DNA of 34,048 nucleotides from Fonticula alba ATCC 38817 (lineage: Eukaryota; Protista; Nucleariida): NCBI GenBank assembly GCA_000388065.2, contig KB932208.1. The stretch is one strand, 5' to 3'. Below are positions 30,801 to 34,048 of this stretch, piece by piece (positions within the stretch are counted from its first letter, which is position 1; every line of letters starts with the position of its first letter). Below the pieces are notes generated by a model. The model searched no databases. It saw nothing but the letters and a program-made list of their open reading frames with translations, and was not told the DNA's origin. The position numbers were made by a program, and so were the translations under genes.

Positions 30801-33800
30801 GAATGCGTCCTTTGTGATGAGAGCTGCGAGTTGTGCGATGGCCCGGGGCCGAGTCGGTGCACCGCGTGCAAGCTCCAGCTCCCGGATGGCGAATGTGTGG
30901 CCTCCTGCCCTCCGGGCATGGAGGAAGATGACAACAAGACCTGCACTTGCCCGCCGACCTGTGTCTCTTGCGTGCGGCTGGCCTCCCAGCGGTATGAATG
31001 CCAACAGTGCCAAGACAAGTATGTTTTGACCCAGGGAAGTGATCAGCAGCCCATTTGCCTACCCTGCCATGAGACCTGCGCCACGTGCGATCTTGCTGGC
31101 CATAAGGCAGGCTGCACCACTTGCGGGGCTGAAGCCTATCTTCACCACGGCATGTGCGTGGCCTCCTGTCCCGAGGGATACTTTGGTGGTGAACTGGGCG
31201 GAGAATGTGATGCCTGCCCGCGGGAGTGTGCAGCGTGCACGTCTCAGAGCTCTTGCACAGCTTGCAAGCCCTTTCATTTCCTCCATGACGGCGTTTCTTG
31301 CAGAAAATGCGATGGCTCATGCGCATCGTGCGAGAGTGCGGNNNNNNNNNNNNNNNNNNNNNNNNNNNNNNNNNNNNNNNNNNNNNNNNNNNNNNNNNNN
31401 NNNNNNNNNNNNNNNNNNNNNNNNNNNNNNNNNNNNNNNNNNNNNNNNNNNNNNNNNNNNNNNNNNNNNNNNNNNNNNNNNNNNNNNNNNNNNNNNNNNN
31501 NNNNNNNNNNNNNNNNNNNNNNNNNNNNNNNNNNNNNNNNNNNNNNNNNNNNNNNNNNNNNNNNNNNNNNNNNNNNNNNNNNNNNNNNNNNNNNNNNNNN
31601 NNNNNNNNNNNNNNNNNNNNNNNNNNNNNNNNNNNNNNNNNNNNNNNNNNNNNNNNNNNNNNNNNNNNNNNNNNNNNNNNNNNNNNNNNNNNNNNNNNNN
31701 NNNNNNNNNNNNNNNNNNNNNNNNNNNNNNNNNNNNNNNNNNNNNNNNNNNNNNNNNNNNNNNNNNNNNNNNNNNNNNNNNNNNNNNNNNNNNNNNNNNN
31801 NNNNNNNNNNNNNNNNNNNNNNNNNNNNNNNNNNNNCGTGCGCCGGGCAGCATGTGGCCCTGGCCGGGCGCTGCCTGCCCTGCCATCCGTCGTGCGAGGC
31901 ATGCTCCGGGGTGCGGAGCACCGAGTGCGTGGGCGCCTGTCCGGCAGGGCTGCAGGCCCTGCCGGCCGGGCAGACACCCATGCGCTGTGTGGCCGGCTGT
32001 CCGGTGGGCCATAACACCTCCGCCGGCGGGTGCTCGCCGTGCGGGTCCTCCTGCGCAAGCTGCCCCCTGTCGGCGGAGGAGTGTGTTCAGTGCGAGCGCG
32101 GCAAGGTGCTGGCAGGAACGATGTGTGTCAATTCCTGCCCGGAGGGCACCTTGGCCCAGGGCGGGCTGTGCGCCGGCTGTGCGGCCTCCTGTGCGACGTG
32201 CTTCGGGCCGGCGCGCGACCAGTGCCTGACATGTGCGCCGGAATGGCCGCTACTGCTGGAGGGTGCCTGTTTGTCTTCGTGCCCGGAGGGGACGGCCGAG
32301 GATGATGAACTGTGCGTCCCCTGCCATGAAACATGCGCCAAGTGTGTCGGCCCGGCGCGCGATGAGTGCACCTCCTGTCCGGTGCCCGATATCCTGTCCG
32401 GCAGCTTGTGTGTCAGTGTTTGCCCTGCCGGGTGGTATGCACCCCTGGATGGGGGGCTCAACACCTGCCAGGCGTGCCACCCCGCATGCAGTGCCTGCTC
32501 CGGACCCGGAGATGACCAATGCACCGCCTGTCCCGGGGAGCAGCTGCTCGAGGACCATCGCTGTGTGGATGCATGCTCGGCAGGGGCGTTTGCCTGTCTG
32601 CGAAAGCGCCAATGCGATCGCTGCCCTCCCGGCTGCCGGGAGTGCACACTGGCGTCCGAGACATCGGACCAGTGCACAAGCGCCTGCGTGGCCTGCGAGC
32701 AGGGCCTGCTCCTGCTGGACGGCAAGTGCCTGGCAGAATGCCCCGGAGGGACGTTTGCCGCCGGGCAGGAAGCCCACTGTCGGCCATGTGCCTCGGCTTG
32801 TGCGACGTGCATGGGAGAGGATGACTTTTGCACGAGCTGCCCCGCCGGCCTGTATTTGATGCCGCTTTCGGGCGGATGTGTGGTGGCATGCCCGGCGATC
32901 GGGTTTGCTCCGATCCAGGAGCCTGTCAACATGTGTGCTGCCTGTGCGGCTGGCTGTCAGCGCTGTGCGGCTGGGCCGAGGCAGGCCCATGCCGGGGCGG
33001 CGGATGGCCGGATGGCTGCCTCTTCCGAGGCAACCATCTGCACCCTGTGTCAGGGGCATTTGCTGCTGGACCGGGACTCGGGCTGCGTCGCCACATGCGG
33101 AGATGGCTTTTTCGCCGACCCGGAAGCCGCCGTGCCATCCTGCGTGCCTTGCCCAAAGCACTGTACCCTTTGCACGGGCCCTGATCGAGCAGACTGCCTT
33201 GACGGAACGGCCCCCTCCGGGCGAACCCTTGGTACGTGGGATCTCTTCGGGCAGTGTGTGGGATTTCAGCTGACTCTGGATTCTTCGGCGACTCCAGCCA
33301 TTGGCTTGGGAGTGGGTCTGGGCATGTTGCTGCTGCTGCTCATCTTGACGGGGGCACTCTTGGTCGTCTTCCTCCGTCGGGCTCGCCGAAAGCCGCAAGT
33401 ACGACTTTTTTTTTCCGCTGGCGCCCGCCCTGCCGGTGTGTGTGCCGTGTGCTGACCTTCCTGCTGGCGCTTCCGTCGGTCTTGATGCCGCCGTTGCTGC
33501 GAATGGCCGTGGCTTTTCAGTCGACCGAGGACACTTTAAATGAGGGTACGTCCGGCGGCGATGCGCCTTCGAAGCCCGGTCGTTTGGGAGAGCGGAGGGG
33601 GGCACGTGGGTGGGCAGGCGGGGAAAGTACGGAAAAGGCCGACCGACACTGATGCACCATCCCCCCCCCCTTCAGATGCCACCATGCTCAACACCATGGT
33701 TGAGCTGTCGCTTCCGGGCAGCATTATGGTCAATATTGCCACGGACTTTGCTCCCCTCGATGACCGGCCGCTTGGGTCGGGCACCCAGGCGTCGGTGTAT

Positions 33801-34048
33801 GCTGCGCGTGCTGTCGGGGCCGGTATTTCCGATCGCCTCGGTTGCCCGGAGGTTGTGGCCATTAAACAGCTCAAAGGTGTGTGTCCTTCTTATTTTATTT
33901 TATTTTTTTCCTTTGCCCGCCATTCGCTCTCGAGAGGGCGGGGGGGGGGGGGTGTTTGTTGGGGTTTCGTGCAGCCCGATGTCCATGGACACTGACATGG
34001 CGCATGTGCCAGATCCGGTCCTGCGCCCGAAGCAGCTTGCTCTCTTCC
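27882..34048 (+). CDS. Third receptor-like kinase paralog, 3'-truncated. Exons 27882-29217, 29338-33231 (contains gap), 33298-33398 (TM), 33521-33545, 33676-33876, 34013->34048
   Basis: Signal-like MLSVVLVLLGTCARSSAG; domains A and B homologous to gene 2; furin-like repeats; TM AIGLGVGLGMLLLLLILTGALLVVFLRR. Juxtamembrane and kinase N-lobe NTMVELSLPGSI...LGSGTQASVYAARAVGAGISDRLGCPEVVAIK are nearly identical to gene 2. All junctions are GT..AG and frame-consistent. Confidence 0.88.
31342..31837. other. Assembly gap within Cys-rich repeat exon
   Basis: N bases. Confidence 1.

Noticed and set aside
3-34048. Numerous overlapping Pro/Arg/Gly/Ala-rich ORFs on both strands and ORFs running through N gaps
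   Set aside because: These are shadow frames of high-GC coding DNA and microsatellites, with no recognisable motifs.

Overview
GC-rich, intron-containing eukaryotic DNA with five N-gaps. The style (GTRCGT donors, short introns, furin-like-repeat receptor kinases) suggests Fonticula alba or a relative; this is an inference. The window holds three + strand paralogous single-pass receptor Ser/Thr (TKL-like) kinases with huge Cys-rich ectodomains (<1-6282, 19224-25751, 27882->34048). Between the first two lies a cluster of eight tRNA genes (Ser, Glu, Ile, Asp, Lys, Lys, Asp, Arg). Inside that cluster, between two identical tRNA-Lys(CTT) genes, is an 11-exon minus-strand gene (16166-10906, about 1230 aa by my manual splicing) that the ORF track fragments. 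It consists of six tandem ~200-aa modules that each resemble an NSF/Sec18-CDC48 N-domain, and it has no AAA ATPase domain. All ten of its introns fall at just two homologous positions within the module. This 'six N-domains in one chain' protein is the main candidate for an undescribed system. An Illumina adapter at 18004-18023 marks a local assembly artefact. Fold assignments are by eye, not from HMM searches.
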